Origin: Podarcis bocagei
Lineage: Eukaryota
Strand: one strand, 5' to 3'
Length of the DNA: 64,000 nucleotides
NCBI GenBank assembly: GCA_964188305.1
Contig: OZ076894.1
Shown here: one piece after another, positions 36,501 through 51,747 of the stretch
Numbering within the stretch: position 1 is the stretch's first letter
Layout of the letters: each line of letters starts with the position of its first letter
Program-made: the position numbers and the translations under genes
The notes under the pieces: generated by a model
Databases searched by the model: none
The model's input: the letters and a program-made list of their open reading frames with translations, nothing else
Told to the model about the DNA's origin: nothing

Positions 36501-38849
36501 TATCATCTACTCTAACAAGCAACAGGTTTCCAGGACCTCAAGTTTTATCTCTGGTTAAAAGCCATTTTAGCAGAAAATCTAAGGTCTAAAACCTGACCTA
36601 GTATACAGTCACTTTCTATGTTTCTTAAGCAAACAAATTATTAGCCATGTTGAACACAAACTATACTATTTGCATAGACTTTATCTTTAAGGATCATAGA
36701 CCGCATGCTTCTGTAAACCAGGAGGCGGCAGGAGAGGGCTTTTGCACTTGTGAACTTTCTATTGGCACTGGGGCTGGCCACTGTGGGAAACAGGATGCTG
36801 TGCTACAAGGGTGAGAAAACTTTCAGGCCAGAGTCACATTCTTATCTTCCCACCCCTGCTGGGCCAAATATGACAGGTGTGGGGAGCTTCACAGTGCAGA
36901 ATTCTGATCGTAAGGTATTTACAGTGCTCTTTGAAAGCTTTTTTGGCAAATAGCCTTGCACTGCTGTTTAAACCTCTGAAGACTGGAATTCAGAAACACC
37001 TTTCTAGGATGCAACAGGAACACTTGTCTAGATGCACCCTAACTGAAAGCAAATATTCAAAAATTGAAATGAAGCAACAAGACCATGTCAATTGTATAAT
37101 ATTCCCAGTGACAGATTATTATACATGCCTTTGCTTCCTAAGCCTAGGCTTTAATTATCAGCCACTGCTCTGTTTCAAGGAGTTCGTCAGGATTAGCTTT
37201 TACTGTATTTGTGGACTAGTGCAAATGATACACACAACTTCAAACTGAATAAACTATACTGGGGTGGAAGAATTCAAGTTCAAGCAATCTGTTGAGCATC
37301 TAAGTATGTAGTGAAATTATGTCAAATTGGAATATCACTTGTGTTAAATTTGGCTGAATATGATGAAGTTTCTCTTTTTTCTTTTTTTGGGTGTATGAGT
37401 ATACTTAATCAATTGATTAAAAGCTACCTCCACAGAGTGGCCAGGTTATATGGACAGCTGATGATAATGCCATTAGGTCAGACCATGCATCAAAGTCCAA
37501 TAAAAAGTTATGACCACCATATGGATGCATAATTATTCAAAAGTGGTTCATAGCAGCCTCTACATAAAGACCACATTTTTTAAACTGGCACCATAACATC
37601 CATTTATTCTTTTTTTTTTTCAATTGGTAACAAACAAAGAAGGTAAGTGCCCCTTAAATTAGTGTGGCCAGGCACCGTGGTGTACTGGTGTACTGACGAC
37701 TCTTAACATCCAAATTGAAGTCTAAATCATGAGGTATGGTGACTGCAGCCTTTGGGCAATGTGGGGAAGGTATTGGATGTTTCGTTACCTAATATTATCC
37801 ATCCGATCGCCGCTGTCAGTATTTTTGAAGATACAATCTAGCCTTAAAGGCCAGGAATTTGTTATGGACGTGAAATTTGGGATAGCACAACATTCCAAGA
37901 AAAGCTTGAATGCTACACAATACTACTGTTTTGCAGGCAGAGAGCAAACTGCTTACCCTGACCCTGCAAAAGTATTAGAATTTTTCAGTATATTCAAAGG
38001 AACCTCAATGACCTCTTACAAATAGTGATTGTAGGAAATTTCATATTGGCAAGTAATTCTTGTTTTAAATGGATTTGTCTTTTATGTATAACACATGACA
38101 TACAATTTTAGAAACAAACATAAATATTTAAACAGGAATATTCTCAGATTATTGCCGAAAGCATCTCAAGATTCAGCTTCATGATTTATTCAACTCAAAG
38201 GGACGTCTATGAATATATTTTCATTGCACAGTTGCTCTTAAACCTGCAGTATTAAATACTTCATATGAAGCAAATACCGGAAAGAGTTAACTGAGCATAC
38301 AACACCATAAGTAATATTTGCAGCTACTATTTTTTACTCCATAATCAAACATAAGGTGAACCATTACTTCTGGGTATGATTTGTGAATGTCTCCATAAGA
38401 AGGTGCCCAAACAACTAAAGGAAGAAACCACACTAACAAAACCCACAGTGTAGTCAGTAACATTAATATTTACATAATTTACCATTTTAAAAAGAGTAAG
38501 TATAATATATATGGATATCAACCTTCTGAGAACTACAAAAGTCTCTTATCTTCCACAATTCATTTTCTAGTTCATTTATTTGTGTTTACTAGACTATGTT
38601 AAATAACAAATGATGGATAGTAGTTTTTATTAAGTGCTTGTTCAATTCAATAAAGTAACATACTCATCTATTTCCCAACCTATAAACAAAGTCACCTGCA
38701 ACAATGTGAAAACAGAAAGTAGTCTCTAGTACAGCACCACAGAACAAAACATTACAAAGCAAAATATGCATTTTAATTTCTATTGATCACGTCATAAACA
38801 ACTACTAATTCTACATTGGCATAATACCAGCTCTCACAAATACTTTACT

Positions 38850-41100
38850 GACCCCTCCTGACACTGTTGTTGCCCTTTCCTTTCAAATTACTTTCTTCCA
38901 CACACTTCTCACTGGAGGTTACTGTGGTGGTGGCTTTTGCACTTCCAAATTCTCCCTGCTTCTGCTGACCTCTCATTCCACTGCCTCCCAAATTCATTCC
39001 GCAAAAATCTGTTCCCCTTTGCATCTCATCTCTATATTTCTATCCTGTATCACCTCCTGGCCACTCTCAACTTTCCATTCAGACTCCGACAACTTCTGTA
39101 CCTTTCTCTTGTGATTTCAAACTTAACATTCATTGTCTCTGTGACACAGCTGCTTCCCATCTCCTGTCCCTCATTCCTTCTATGTTTGCTTTGGGATGCA
39201 TTCCCTTACATACGACTTTGGGCATTTTCTTGTTCTCTACTTCACTTGGAAATGCTCCGCTTGTGCCACAGAGTTCATCCAATCTGAGCAACACATTCTC
39301 TCCTTCAACATGCACACTCTCTGCCTTCTGTATATTCTACTTCTTGCTCCATTTGCCACCTGCAGTCAAGTGGTGCAAGGCTTTCTTGGGAACATTGCCT
39401 ACTTCTCTGTCATGTCTCCCTTTTGCTCTTCAGGGGTTAAGTATAGTTCATCAACCAACTCTAGATTTGTTTGCCCCAGCTCTCTCAACTAACTATTGAC
39501 CCCTCTAAACACCCCAGCCTTTAGCCAACATCCTCAAGTCAATCTCTTTGAGTCAAACAACACATAATGATGAATACATAGCCTAATGATATGTGGTCAT
39601 TTTTAAAACAGCTGCTGCCAGGAGGAAAGGACAATACAAGTAGGATCTTATTGTTTAGGAGGAAGGTTAACCCTTTCCCCTTGCATTATGTTTCTGACAT
39701 ACATTGCATACCAGTTTACTGTTTCTCACCAAACTAAGGGGAAAGATTTGCTTGGACCAAAATGCAGGTGTAAAGGGTAGATCCACCTCACACACATGGT
39801 CCTGATTTACTCATGTAAATGAGAATTTCTGTTCATCACACAATCATGAACACAGTATCCAAAATGCACATCTTTCATCTCATTTCCAGTTATTTTGCCT
39901 CTTAAACCTACTTCAACCATTTTTTGCTTTCTCTTTGGTTGACTATTATGTTGTCCTTTATTACCTGCCCCATGATCCTGACTCCTGGGTGTCATATCTT
40001 TTTATCACAAATATCCTTCCACATATTAAATTTCTCCCCATCCTCTGGCTCCTTCCTTCCTGCATCTAAACACGCCTCTCTTTTTCACATTCTTAAAAAA
40101 ATGATTAGAGGCTTTACCCTTTGCTTTTGAATCTCTGGACTGTGCCACGTACTTCCCTGTCTTAAATTTCTCTCAATTCCTCTCTTAGTTCCCTGTAATC
40201 TGGCTTCTACCTCGTGAACTCCACTGAAGCTACCCTCATCAAATCACTCCTCAATGCCAAATCCAAAAGGTCTCTATTTATCTTCTTCTTCTTCTCATTG
40301 GTGCCTTTGTTGCCTCTAATACAGTTCATTACTTTTTCTGCTTCGCTCCTTTTACGTACTCTGTTTCTATGGCTCTGTTCTTAGCTGGTTTATTTCCTAT
40401 CAGTCTAATTACTCGATCACTGTTTCCATAGGGAAAGTTCTTCTCTGCTGAACCTCCACAGGGAGTTATTCTCAGCCTTCTGCTATTTTCTCTAACTATA
40501 CTGTCCCTTAGTGACTTCATTAAACTTTGTGGCTTTCAGTACACACTGATGACACCCAACTCTACCTCTCTGTCCAATAACTTTCCTCCTACATCCAATC
40601 CTTCATTACCAACTGCTTTTTGGTTTCCCTGTTTTATGTTTCATTGTTGTCTCAACACATACAGGGCTGAACTTTCCTACTGAACCTTACTGTCTTTGCA
40701 CATGCCCCTTATCCATTGAAAAGATTACTACCCACTTGTTGATCAGACACTTGCTGATCAGCTTTGTGTTTATCTTTAATTCCTCCACTCCATTTTATAC
40801 AATCTGTTAAGTCAAGTTGCTTCTCCCGGTACAACTTTATGAAAATAGCCCCTCTGACTTTTGTGCAGCAGTTTGGTTCATGCTCTAATCATCCCCCAAC
40901 TTGAATTGCTATTCTCTCTAGCTTGCTGTTGTCACATTTAGCCCTCTCTCATCTCCATCCTCTATTTTGCTGCCAAAATCATTCATTGCTCAGACTATAA
41001 AACCACCCTCCCTAAACACCTGCACTGGCTTGCTCTTACCTTAATCATCCTTACCCTCTTTGTTACTGCTTCCATGTTGAACATTAGATTTGTTAGTGCC
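38850..41100 (+). mobile_element. Ancient degenerate L2-type LINE (ORF2 remnants)
   Basis: Pyrimidine-rich; broken RT motifs SGF...STEATLIK (~40195-40245) and TDDTQLYLS (~40545-40572, decayed YADD); many stops and frameshifts. Confidence 0.75.
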
Positions 41101-44018
41101 TCCTGGTAGAGAGTACTTTGTTATCTTGTAAAGCACCATACACATTATGGTACAATAGCATAAAGGAAATTGACTAGATACTTGCAGAATAAGGGGCACA
41201 TGAACCAATCTACTGAGTATGAAGAAAAGACTGAGATGACACAAGACCAATATCCGTAAGCACAACCCTAATGGGATGAAGATACTGTATTCAGGATAAC
41301 TTATTCTGCAAGAAGCCTCCAAATGTAAAAGTACTGAACAATGTTACCTTTCTTTATATCTCAAGATTGTGTATTCTCTTCTTGGTTCAGCTTTTTGATT
41401 TGGTTTGTAATTTTGGATGGTTCACTGCATCAGAAGAGCAAGACTAAGCAAATGCCTGGCTGCTCAATTCTGTTGTAATTCAATGCTTAATAAGGTGATC
41501 CAGATGGAGGGAGTCCCTAAAGGAAACAGGTTAAGCCACAGACCTGTTGGAAACAAGGAAAACACTAGGTACCCCCTTGATTTTGGGGACAATAGGGTAT
41601 AAATAAGTCATGAGATTGCACTAGTTCCCTGAGTTATAGACTGAATATCTTGGATAATCAGTGCTATATTGTAATAGTCACATGATACAGCCAAAGACTG
41701 AAGCCATTATATTAATATTGTTGAATCAATATATGTTTGCTTAGTCTATCACTTACAATGATTTTATCTTCTGGATTTAGTTCGACCAAAGGGCTATCTT
41801 TTGCTTTGTTTTTGGTTATTCCACCTTCAAAACCCCAGTGAAAATTAAGTTGCTCTTTGAATTGCTTATTATTATTTTTAAGAAAAAAAGTATCAAAGAA
41901 GTGAGAAAGTGTGGAGAACTTCTCATGGATAGGTGCACAATTTTGTTGTTACTTTCAAGTTGGCCAAGGCACGTTTCTTAATGTTCTTTCAATCATTCTA
42001 CAAATCATCTCGCTGGTACTCTATCTACCATTCTTCAACCTTCCTGTGTGTTTTCCTTCTCTGGAACCTCCTTAAATTCTCGGCTGGACTCAGCTGTGTA
42101 GTTGACAACTGCTCATTGTTATGGTTTTAAGTGAAGGCCTTTTACTTTTAAATAAATCAGTGTTGAAAGACATTAAAAGGTAAAAGGAAGAACTTCCATT
42201 AAAAAGCAAAATCAGCAAGTGCACCATGCTCAGGAATTCAGTATCCAGCCACCCTTTCCCCCCACACTTCATTTAAAGTTCAGTAGGAAATGTTGTGAGG
42301 TAATCCCTCCTATGGATCAAACATCCCAGGCAGACAGAGAGACTGCGGAGTGCTAATAAATATTTAAAGTATAGAGAAATGTACACCCAACCCATGGACA
42401 CCTTGGAGCAATAAAGTAAATTCTAAACCCTGTGCTCACCAAAAATTTCAAAAGAAATGCAAAAGTGTCCTGAGAATGGGGATGGGGTGCCTTTTCACAG
42501 GTTTTTTTGTGTGTGAAACTGGAAGGCAGCATTTGGCTAATGTGCCTTTGTCTGCATTTTGCAGTAAGCAACTAGGACAGGTGATCCCAAAGGATGTGAT
42601 ATGCACTAATTATTTGATTCATTTTGAGGTTCACCAGTAAAAAACACATTGGCCCTAAAAATACAGTGTTTTGCTTCCAGGAATCCCATTTGCTTCACAC
42701 TCCATTTTGGCTAGTTTCCTGTTGCTGGGAGTTAGCTAGTATAGGGAAGGTTTGATCTGATAGTATATTTAGAACATACTGATCACTGGACACCAAAATT
42801 ACCACTTGACAATTATCAGTTCAATGGAGTTGACCAGCAAACTGGCCCAATGATTTCCAAAACTTTAAACTAACCTACAGACTGATTGAAGCGCCCCACA
42901 GGCACAATATGTCTAGCTGCAGATCTGAAAAGGCAGAGGAGGGAAACCCTGCTTTTTCAGGTTTTGCAGGGGCTTCACTTGAGCTTCAGGAAGTACCAGC
43001 ATCACTCTCTCTGCCTACCATGGGGAGGGGAAAGCCGCTTTGCAAGACCCGAACATAGGTTTTCCTCATCTGGTGTGGGGAAGCAGGGGGGAGGAAGAAG
43101 CCTATTTTACAAGCACCATTAAACTCAAGAGAAGCCTCTTTCACAGCAGATCAGAAAACAGAAGGGAAAACCCTGTTTTTTAATTCCACTGTGAAAAGGG
43201 GTTCTCTCGAAGACACATTGCTTGTAAAATACCAGCATCTGTCTCTCCAGCCCCTGAAATGGCTTAAAGCGGCAAAGTGCTGTTAGAACCAGCCACCTGC
43301 CTCTGTCTAAAGGGAACATGAGGGCTAGCTTAAAGCGGCAAAGTGTCATTTGACCCAGTCTCTCCCATTCTTTAAAGAGCTGTTTCAAACAGCATTTTGC
43401 TCTGCTTCTTTCAGCAGGAGGAAGACAGCAGTGGTACCCTCTCCCCCTCATCCTTAAATAAGAAGGGAAGGGGTTCCAAACCCTGTCCTCTTGCCCAACA
43501 GTTGGTATCACCAGCAACATCAGCTAATGGGTGGATGTAACTTGGGAAAAATGGAACCCCTTAAGTGACCCAGGGGCTGGCAGTTCCATACCCCTGCTCT
43601 ACATTATAGTTCTTCTACAAGACTTGAGCAAACAATCTTCACACAATCATCATAACCATTCAAGATCACATCTTTGTATTCCAATCAATACAAAAGCAGA
43701 GGGGTCAAACTGAGCTACAGACTACGTATCTATAATCAGACCCTTACCTTCTCACAATATTTGTTTTATTGTGGGACAATCAATCCCAACCTTTAGTAAT
43801 TACATCCTACATTTATTCTGAATTCAAACTTTTTCCCCCTTAGGCATTTCTTAATATACAATTTAAGACATAATCATAGAATGAACTTGCAGAAATGCCC
43901 CACCACCATCACCAACGGCTGTTTACTTTGTTCTTCATGACAATGTTTTGGACTCTGAAAGTGTTATGAACCATATCCCTAAATCTACTAATTATTTCCT
44001 GTTACCTTACATACTAGA

Positions 44019-44165
44019 AACATAGGAAGCTGCCTTATACCAGCTCAGACCATTAGTCCATCTACCTCACTACTGTCTATGCTGATTGGCAGTGGCTCTC
44101 CAGAGTTTCATACAGGAGTCTTTCCCAGCCTTATCAGGAATGCCCAGGATTGAAGCTAGGATCAC
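44019..44165 (-). mobile_element. tRNA-derived squamate SINE (Squam3-like), partial
   Basis: ACATAGGAAGCTGCCTTATAC... is the reverse complement of the 14243 copy tail. Confidence 0.7.
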
Positions 44166-44997
44166 TAGCACAACCCTTCTCAAGCTGTATGTAATGTGCT
44201 TACATTGAAACATGTTCAGTCCCAGGCTAGGCTCTTCCTGTTCTACTTCACTTTCTAATCTGAGTTTTAATTATTTTAACCTACTGTTTCTAATCATTTA
44301 TTTGTTTATTTTTTTGTTTCATGTCTGCTCTTACCCTGATTTTGTGTTATAAACTGCACTGGGAACTGTTTGGTTGAAGGGCACTTGATATGTTAAATAA
44401 ACCAGCCAACAAAAAAAGTGGAACAAATAGTAAGATGTCACTTGTAGAAGGTTAGCTATTTCATGTGCGTGCATGCATGCGCAAACTGATTGCGCTGTTC
44501 AAAAGTAAAGACCCTTTTGTAAGAAACAAGTTTTATTTATGACATCTGGATAGTTTGCCTTCTACTTAAATGGATGGCAAGCCATTGTGAAATTGCTATG
44601 ACTGCACTGAAATAACAAAGCATGATGTTCCCATCATTATCTTCATATCATCCAGATTTCTACCAAATTACTAATTACCCAGAGTAAACAAGGTCTTCCT
44701 CCATTAAGCATGCAGGAAAGTGTGTATCTCAACCAGTAGGGCTATAAAGTGTCATTTGCCTCCAAAGGTTCTAACTGGCATTTGCAAATGAATCTGTTTT
44801 CTAATTAAAAAAATTTAAAAAAATACATGAACACAGAATAGGGAAAGGAGATGGGTGGGCGTGGGTATAAGATTCTGTAGACTATGAAACTAACCACTAC
44901 AATTTAACCGAATTCTCCCAATCTCCATGTAGTGATTTTGCTGGTCGCCATTTTTAAAATACTGACTTAGCTCAATTACAACTGTTCACTATCATAC

Positions 44998-45129
44998 CTG
45001 GTAGATATCAGACAGGCTGCTGCTTCCAGAGTCGCTAGTGATACTACATCCTGAATGACTAGATGAAACGTGGGTCACCTGTGGGTGGAGACTGTCAGTA
45101 AGGTGCAGTTTTGTGAAATCTGCAGGAAG
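44998..45129 (-). CDS. RAPGEF2: RAPGEF2 exon 2 ([10 protein letters not shown]...SLSDIYQ)
   Basis: Manual translation (not in the ORF track); CTACAG acceptor, CAG|GTATGA donor; 132 nt, phase 0-0. Confidence 0.95.
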
Positions 45130-46774
45130 CTGTAGACAGAAACAGAAAAGGCATAATTAAATTGTGTACCTAGGCATTCACTTCATAAACATTTGAATGA
45201 TTAACAGTACTCATCAGTACTAAAACCATACAAAATTCATTAAGCAAATCCTTAAGGACAGAAGGGTTGAGAGGGTGTTTCAAATGTATGCTTTGTAAAT
45301 ATGTGACAAACATAAACATTACTATGGCTGTTGCTGTAAATGTAAGAATGGAATATGACTTGCTAAGAACAAACCCTTTAGTGAGCATTTACTCATGATT
45401 CCCACTGGAATCATGTGAACGGTCTCAAAGGAATCAGTGGGAGTTACCATGACTGTATTTAGGATGGTAGTCACTGGCTTTTGTGAGATGAACACCTGTT
45501 AATGCACAAATACTTGTGCCAAGTAGGGTTGAGGGAGCAATGCTTAAATATTGGAATATGTTTCAAACTTGTTTGATTCAGTTTTTAGAAACTAATGAGA
45601 AGTAGGAAAATATTTCTTAATTTGTGAGGCAGAAATGCAAAACTATAGCTATGTATCATGCAACATGTAAGCAACTGAAATTGTGTTAAACAAAGAAAGC
45701 TCTGAAATTTCTATAGTCTGGTTTTTTAAAAAACAAAACATGATGCTCATGGCTAGCATAACCTCTCAACTGCTGTGTTGTTGTTGTTTAAACACAGGTT
45801 GGTTGACAACATAAAATACTTTTTTGGGGGGTTGTACTATTTTTTTCTAAGCAGTAATCTGAAGTAACAAATAAATAGTAAAATTATTTATCTCTCTAAC
45901 CCTTAATTGTTCATTCGGAACCTATGTTGGTCAACTACAATCACCATTCATTTTATGCTTCTCCCATAGTGCACAAATTTCCAGAGGAACCAAAAGATAC
46001 AGACCCCTGTGATGAATGCATACTTAATAAGAATTTAGAGGTAGTTTCCCAAGCTTTAGACATCCTTACCAGTGTTTTTCTGGAAAGTTCCCACACTCCA
46101 GACCCTCTCATTCTATTAGAATGAAAGTGGATTGGGGAGAGAATGGGACAGGAATAATAAACCTGCCTTTGCTATCTGCTCTAGCTACTTTCTTTGTTTC
46201 CAGTTCCCCTATAGGAAATGAACCAGCAGAAGATGGAGCTCAGCTAGATTAGTCTCTATCTGGTTGCCCTCTACCCAAACTACAGCTTTTAAAGAAGTTA
46301 CAAGACACTACTGAAAAGCATGGCTCCAAAGAGCCACACAGTCCTCTTTAAATATTTCCACAGCTGAGCCTGAAGCGATTCAGCTGATATTGACAGTGGG
46401 AGGTTATGGAAGAAGCTACTACTTGTCAGCTAAGCACAGTAATAAGATCATTCCAAAGCAAACCTAGGTCTTCCCCACTACTGGACTCCACTTTCGAAAT
46501 ATTGTTTAACTAAATCATTGCACACACAAAATAACATCCATTAGTACAATGGAACTTCCCTTCTCCTACTCACCCTGCCCCCTCAAACATGCCCCCAGAG
46601 CAGATTTTGGGGTAGCGCAGGGAACAGGCGGTAAGTGAAAAGGAATGGAAAACTATGTTGCCTTTGCAGAAGTCATTCCACACATACACAATAATTTAGT
46701 TGGATACAACTCTAAATATCTGCATGTTAAACTAAGTGCCTAAAACCCCCACTCCTTGAACTGCTCATATGTAG

Positions 46775-47077
46775 ACCTAAGACAAACCATGGCTAAGTGC
46801 AAACATGTGGGTTCCTCAAGAGGAGATTATGGCCACTTTGGTCTTGCATTGGCCCTGCTGCACTGCAGCGAACTAATTCATGGCTTGGCTTCATGCTGCA
46901 AACAAGGTTTGTTATTGGTTTATAACTCGTTGCTTGTCTGGAGAAAATAAACCACAAGCCCTGGTTTAAATGAACACACTTGATAAGTTCACAGCAGTGC
47001 AGCAGGACCAGATGAGCAGCAAATTTGCTACAATCTCCTCTCTGGGAGGCTGAACACACAAAGCCATGGTTTGGCGT
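46775..47077. mobile_element. Degenerate foldback MITE (AAACCATGGTTT family); related fragment near 58975-59115
   Basis: Imperfect inverted arms: CAAACCATGGCT / AGCCATGGTTTG and CCTGCTGCACTGC / GCAGTGCAGCAGG. Confidence 0.55.
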
Positions 47078-47078
47078 A

Positions 47079-47137
<59 letters not shown>

Positions 47138-47210
47138 AGGCTTCACAGGTCAAAACATTTACAGAATACCATCACCATGTATAGAGAACACTTCAATGTA
47201 GAGTTATGAT

Positions 47211-47251
<41 letters not shown>
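47077..47251. repeat. (CA)n(GA)n and (GT)n microsatellites
   Basis: 47077-47133 and 47213-47251, direct inspection. Confidence 0.96.
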
Positions 47252-47252
<1 letters not shown>

Positions 47253-49519
47253 AAGGTGGCCACACCTCCAGTTGGTTTGTAGGCCCCAGAAAGTTGGCCA
47301 AGGTGGAATTAGCCCTACCCTCAAAACAGGCTAGCCACCCTTGCTCTACAAATGTTCTTCTTTTTTCTGGTATTCAGGACTGCTCTTTTGTTCTTTTGTC
47401 TCTATCAAAGCCAGATTCCAAAAACTAAAGCAGAATTACACGGTGCTGTTAAACACTGATCTAGGAAGCACCATTTTGTACTAATTAAAACTAGCATACT
47501 GATGAAGAGTATTACCCAAGAGTCATTTATGGGGTGGGGCAAATGGGGAAAAACAACAGAATACAGAAGTGTTTGTTAAAAGTAGCCTAGAGAATATGGA
47601 TGCAGAAATGTAAATTCGTTATTGTTACTATAGTTCACAGTTACTGTACTTTAGTTTTATTCCACCAAAAAATAGAATAGTCAGTTACAATTCTAAAGTG
47701 ATTGTGATTAAATATTTAGGAAAACAAATTATGACCCATTCTAAAGCAGCAATTTCTCAGTGTTAAAGCTCATCAGTATTTCAATAGGAAATTGTAAGGA
47801 ATAACTGGGTCTCTTACTTAAGGAAAGTATGGAAGGGCCATTGAAATGCTCTGTTAGTCATCATTTCTGAGTGACCTTATAAAGAATCATAACTATGGCT
47901 GACACAGATTAACAAAGTCCAAAGACAAAGGCATTTCAAGGTCCTGTGGTAAATTATTAAAATAGATTTTCTATATTGTTTCAATTCTACAAAGCTAACA
48001 TAAATACATTTTTTAAGTGTACTGTTCTGGAATCTTGACTATACCACAGGGTTGTCATACACTATTCCCTCTCAGACCCTTTCCAGCAACATGATTGTAA
48101 CACTGAGCTACTTTGCAGAGTGGAGGTAACTCACACATTCGCAGCCACATCACCCCCTATAATATGATACAATATTGGACTTTGTTGTGCAGGCCATTTT
48201 TTTCAATCCGCCTTTGCTGCTAACCATTTTGTTTTGGGGTGCCCAGTTACATCACTAAAATCCTTTTTATTGTGAGGATAACATGGTGAGGGAGAAAATA
48301 ATGTATGCCTCATTGAGATCACTACAGTAAAGCTGGGATATAAACTGAATAAACAAAATTAACAAATGTACTTCACCCACCCACCCCCAGTCCATTTCCC
48401 AACAAACTCTCTTTGCCTGTTACTCTCACTCAGCAATCTATTAAACTCCCAGGCTTCTCTCAAAACAGTTTAGTAATGAGTATGTGAAGGGACACCCTTC
48501 TGAATTCCTGTTGCCCAACATTAGCCATAAAAATGCATTTTAAACAAAGATTACAAATATTTTATGCAATTCATGGGTAATAATGACACTTACTAGACAT
48601 TCCTCTTGACCCAACACAACAAACTATTTCCCAAAAGTCACAGTACAGAGATATATTTTCCCCTAAACAACCCCAGCAAAGTCTGTAGAAGAAAAACACA
48701 CATATCTTGCCAACTTTTGAGCATCAAAAGTCAAGTGGTTAACAAAATCAGAACAGTTTCTTATCCTTTCTATCCCCAAATTGGCATGAACCATCCTCAA
48801 GCTTACCTTTCCTATGATGCCAAGTTTCAAATCAATCCATTGAACTATTTTCTAACTGTACTGTCTTCCCTCCCCCCAAAAAATTATCATTATAATGGTA
48901 GGATTCAATATAGCTGGCTCACACTTAACATAGTGTCAATACTGTGGCCCTATAAATCCTGACAAGTGATGGTTAACACTTCATGCATCTGTTTTTTAAA
49001 AAATCTTCTATAATTTATTTTGAACAAATTACATCCTCACAAGAATACAACTAGAAATGCAAAAATGAGGGAGGAGCAGATTTTAAAAGAGAGGGAAAGA
49101 AGAAATGAAATAAAATTACAGACCAAGTAATAATACAAAGGCTTTGCACAATGTACTACAGTAAGCAACATTAGGCACAAGGTTGTCATAACAATACTGT
49201 AAATCAAACAGTAATTTCTTGTTCTTCCAGGTGTGAGGGAGTGTTATCCAATACCTCTTTACTCAGGAAACAATATTACCACATTCAAAGGTATACAAAG
49301 GCTGGGGGTTATCTCTTATTAGCAAAATCAACAAAGTCATGTATCAATTGAAGTGGACTGCAGCCCACAAAAGTACACTGTCATAAAAGCATACTGGTCT
49401 TTATTGGTTTTGCAGCCTCTTTTTTCTTTCTGCTCCTATAGACCAACACAGTGACCTGTCTCAAAATTGTTCACACAGAAATGCCAACACACAGTCAGAA
49501 CTCTTGCTACCAAAATGGT

Positions 49520-49800
49520 TTCCCCTCAAATAGCTACACTGGCATTCTGTCTATCCTTACCTTCAAGTTCCCTTCATAGCCTTGACTCCCATATCTCACA
49601 TTTCTAATATTCCAATACATCCCTCCCCATGATATTCTCTCAAGCTCCACCAACATCCAAAGATCTCCTGCTCCTTCAGTGGCAACCTCCTCTCCTTGCT
49701 GCACTGTATGTTTGGAATTTCCTTCAATGATACCAGCATGATGTCAGCTCTCTGACTTCATAAAAACAACATATGAGGACACCTCATTAGTTACTCCTGT
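49520..49800 (+). mobile_element. Degenerate L2-type LINE 3' fragment
   Basis: CCTTACCTTCAAG...CATAGCCTTG...TGGAATTTCCTTC pattern resembling the L2 ORF2 3' end. Confidence 0.4.
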
Positions 49801-51633
49801 CCTAACTATAGACCAGCCTGTAAGGAAGCCTAAGCACATGTGACCAAAATAATCACATAATGCTTCCCTATTAATTTCTGAAATAATTGAACACTGCCAG
49901 TTGAACAATAAGATCTAGGTTAAAAACAAGGTTTGCAGTTATTCGCCTTATACACTTCTTATTTCAAGGCAATTCATTTTCTTTCCTAACCAAGTGAAAC
50001 ATTGGAGGAAATATTAGTTGTATGGTTCAGTGATTTACAGGGCAGCAGTCAATATACCTAATTACAGAATAATGAACTGATTTCTATTGATTTCATTTAT
50101 AGACATGCTGCACAAGGACATGCCCACCATAGTGTTAAATCTAACAGACAGTTTACACTGGAATGTAACTAATTAATCCTTTATGTTTGTATAGTTTTAG
50201 ACAGCATGGAGTAGTTACTATAATTTCACATATATACCCTTCCACATCTGCTCTACGAACAAACTGTGGGGAAATATGCTACCCGTAAAGATCAGTGGAC
50301 ACACCAACTAAACTGCTCATTTACATAATAAGCATTATTTCATAGATTTTGTTCATATATTATAGAAATAAGGGTAATTTCCAACAACACCTTCATGGGT
50401 CAAGGAAAAACTAGGTTACAAGTCAGGTGTGTGTGCGCGCGCGCATGCACACACACACATTCAAGATTCATAATATATCTGGAAATAGGCAACTTAAGAC
50501 AACAAATCTAGATGATGATTTATTCTCAAAAAAGAGGTATGTGTTAGAATAAAAAACGATTTCAAATACAAAGTATTACAACAACTGCATTAGTATCAAT
50601 TGTTGGTGCCCTATGTGAAATAAGTTAGCAGGGACTAAAACTTTTCCTGTACTTACTCCAACTTTACAGAACAATCTTCTAAAGTGCCCAATGAAATCAA
50701 GGAGTACCTGTTGCTATAGCTGCTTTGACGCTAAACAGGTATGGTTTGATTGATGCTAGGCTGGAAAACCACAGGAAGCCACATTTAAGTTGTTCCAAGC
50801 TTCCAAAATAAGACTGGAACCCATGTAAAGTAAATAGCATGATTGTCAGGCTATGGCTGACAAATAAAATGGCTAATTTTGGGTCTTGACCTCACTGGCT
50901 AAAAAGACCTTCATTATTGTCATTGTACCCTTTACTGGCACCACCACTTGCTTCATACAACCGATTGCCTATGAGAAATGGAACCTATTAACCTTTTAAC
51001 ATATAAGATGCTAAGCAAACATAGAAACCATAGGAACCATAGAATTCTCCTATCATCTACTTCTAGGGTATTAGAGGAGTTCTTATATTCAAGTGCACAT
51101 GTTCAGCTACAATCAAATGGAGTTAAGCAGCTCCCAACCTCTGTGCTGGATTATTGCATCTGAGTTTGTGTATAGTAATCTGTTTCTTGTGATTTATTAT
51201 TCACTGTTTTCCAATTAATCATCTCCCTGGAATCCTGAGATCAAGCAATTGTCTCTATGTATTATTGGGGGGGGGGAATCCTTATTGGCCAGGTATTATA
51301 AAGTCATATTTTACAGTGGGAAACATAAAAATAAATGTTATGAACCACATCTCAAAAAGTCATTAACAGAGCTTTTTTGAGATCCTCCAATGCCTTTACA
51401 AAGAGAAAGTGATGACGTGGGCAGGTATCATAGCATTCTAAAAAGCGACAAGTGAGGTGGAAGCAGTATAATCAGATCTGCTGGGAAAGGGAGTTCCTGG
51501 CCGAAGCTGCTGGACAGTGGAAAGGCATTAAAAAGCTCCAACTGGTATCCCATCGAGTTATTCTATGCAATCCACAGAGGTATTAACAATTAAAATATTA
51601 AATAAATAATGAGCAACTACAAAGGAAAGCTAA

Positions 51634-51747
51634 GGGTGGTATTCAACCAAATTTTACTCAAACCCATTGAAGTTAATGGACCTAACTTAGTTACGTTCAT
51701 TAATTTCAATGGGCTTCATCTGAGTAAAACTTAGTTCAATACCACCC
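51634..51747. mobile_element. Short palindromic MITE with TAA target duplication (PIF/Harbinger-like); decayed relative at ~58745-58860
   Basis: TAA|GGGTGGTATT...AATACCACCC|TAA with internal inverted arms. Confidence 0.65.

Noticed and set aside
38937-40520. Hydrophobic ORFs suggesting a nested gene
   Set aside because: Explained by a decayed pyrimidine-rich L2 LINE with broken reverse-transcriptase motifs.
50640-50710. GGA|GTAAGT donor suggesting another first coding exon
   Set aside because: The phase-0 frame reaches an upstream TAG with no ATG; no support for coding use.
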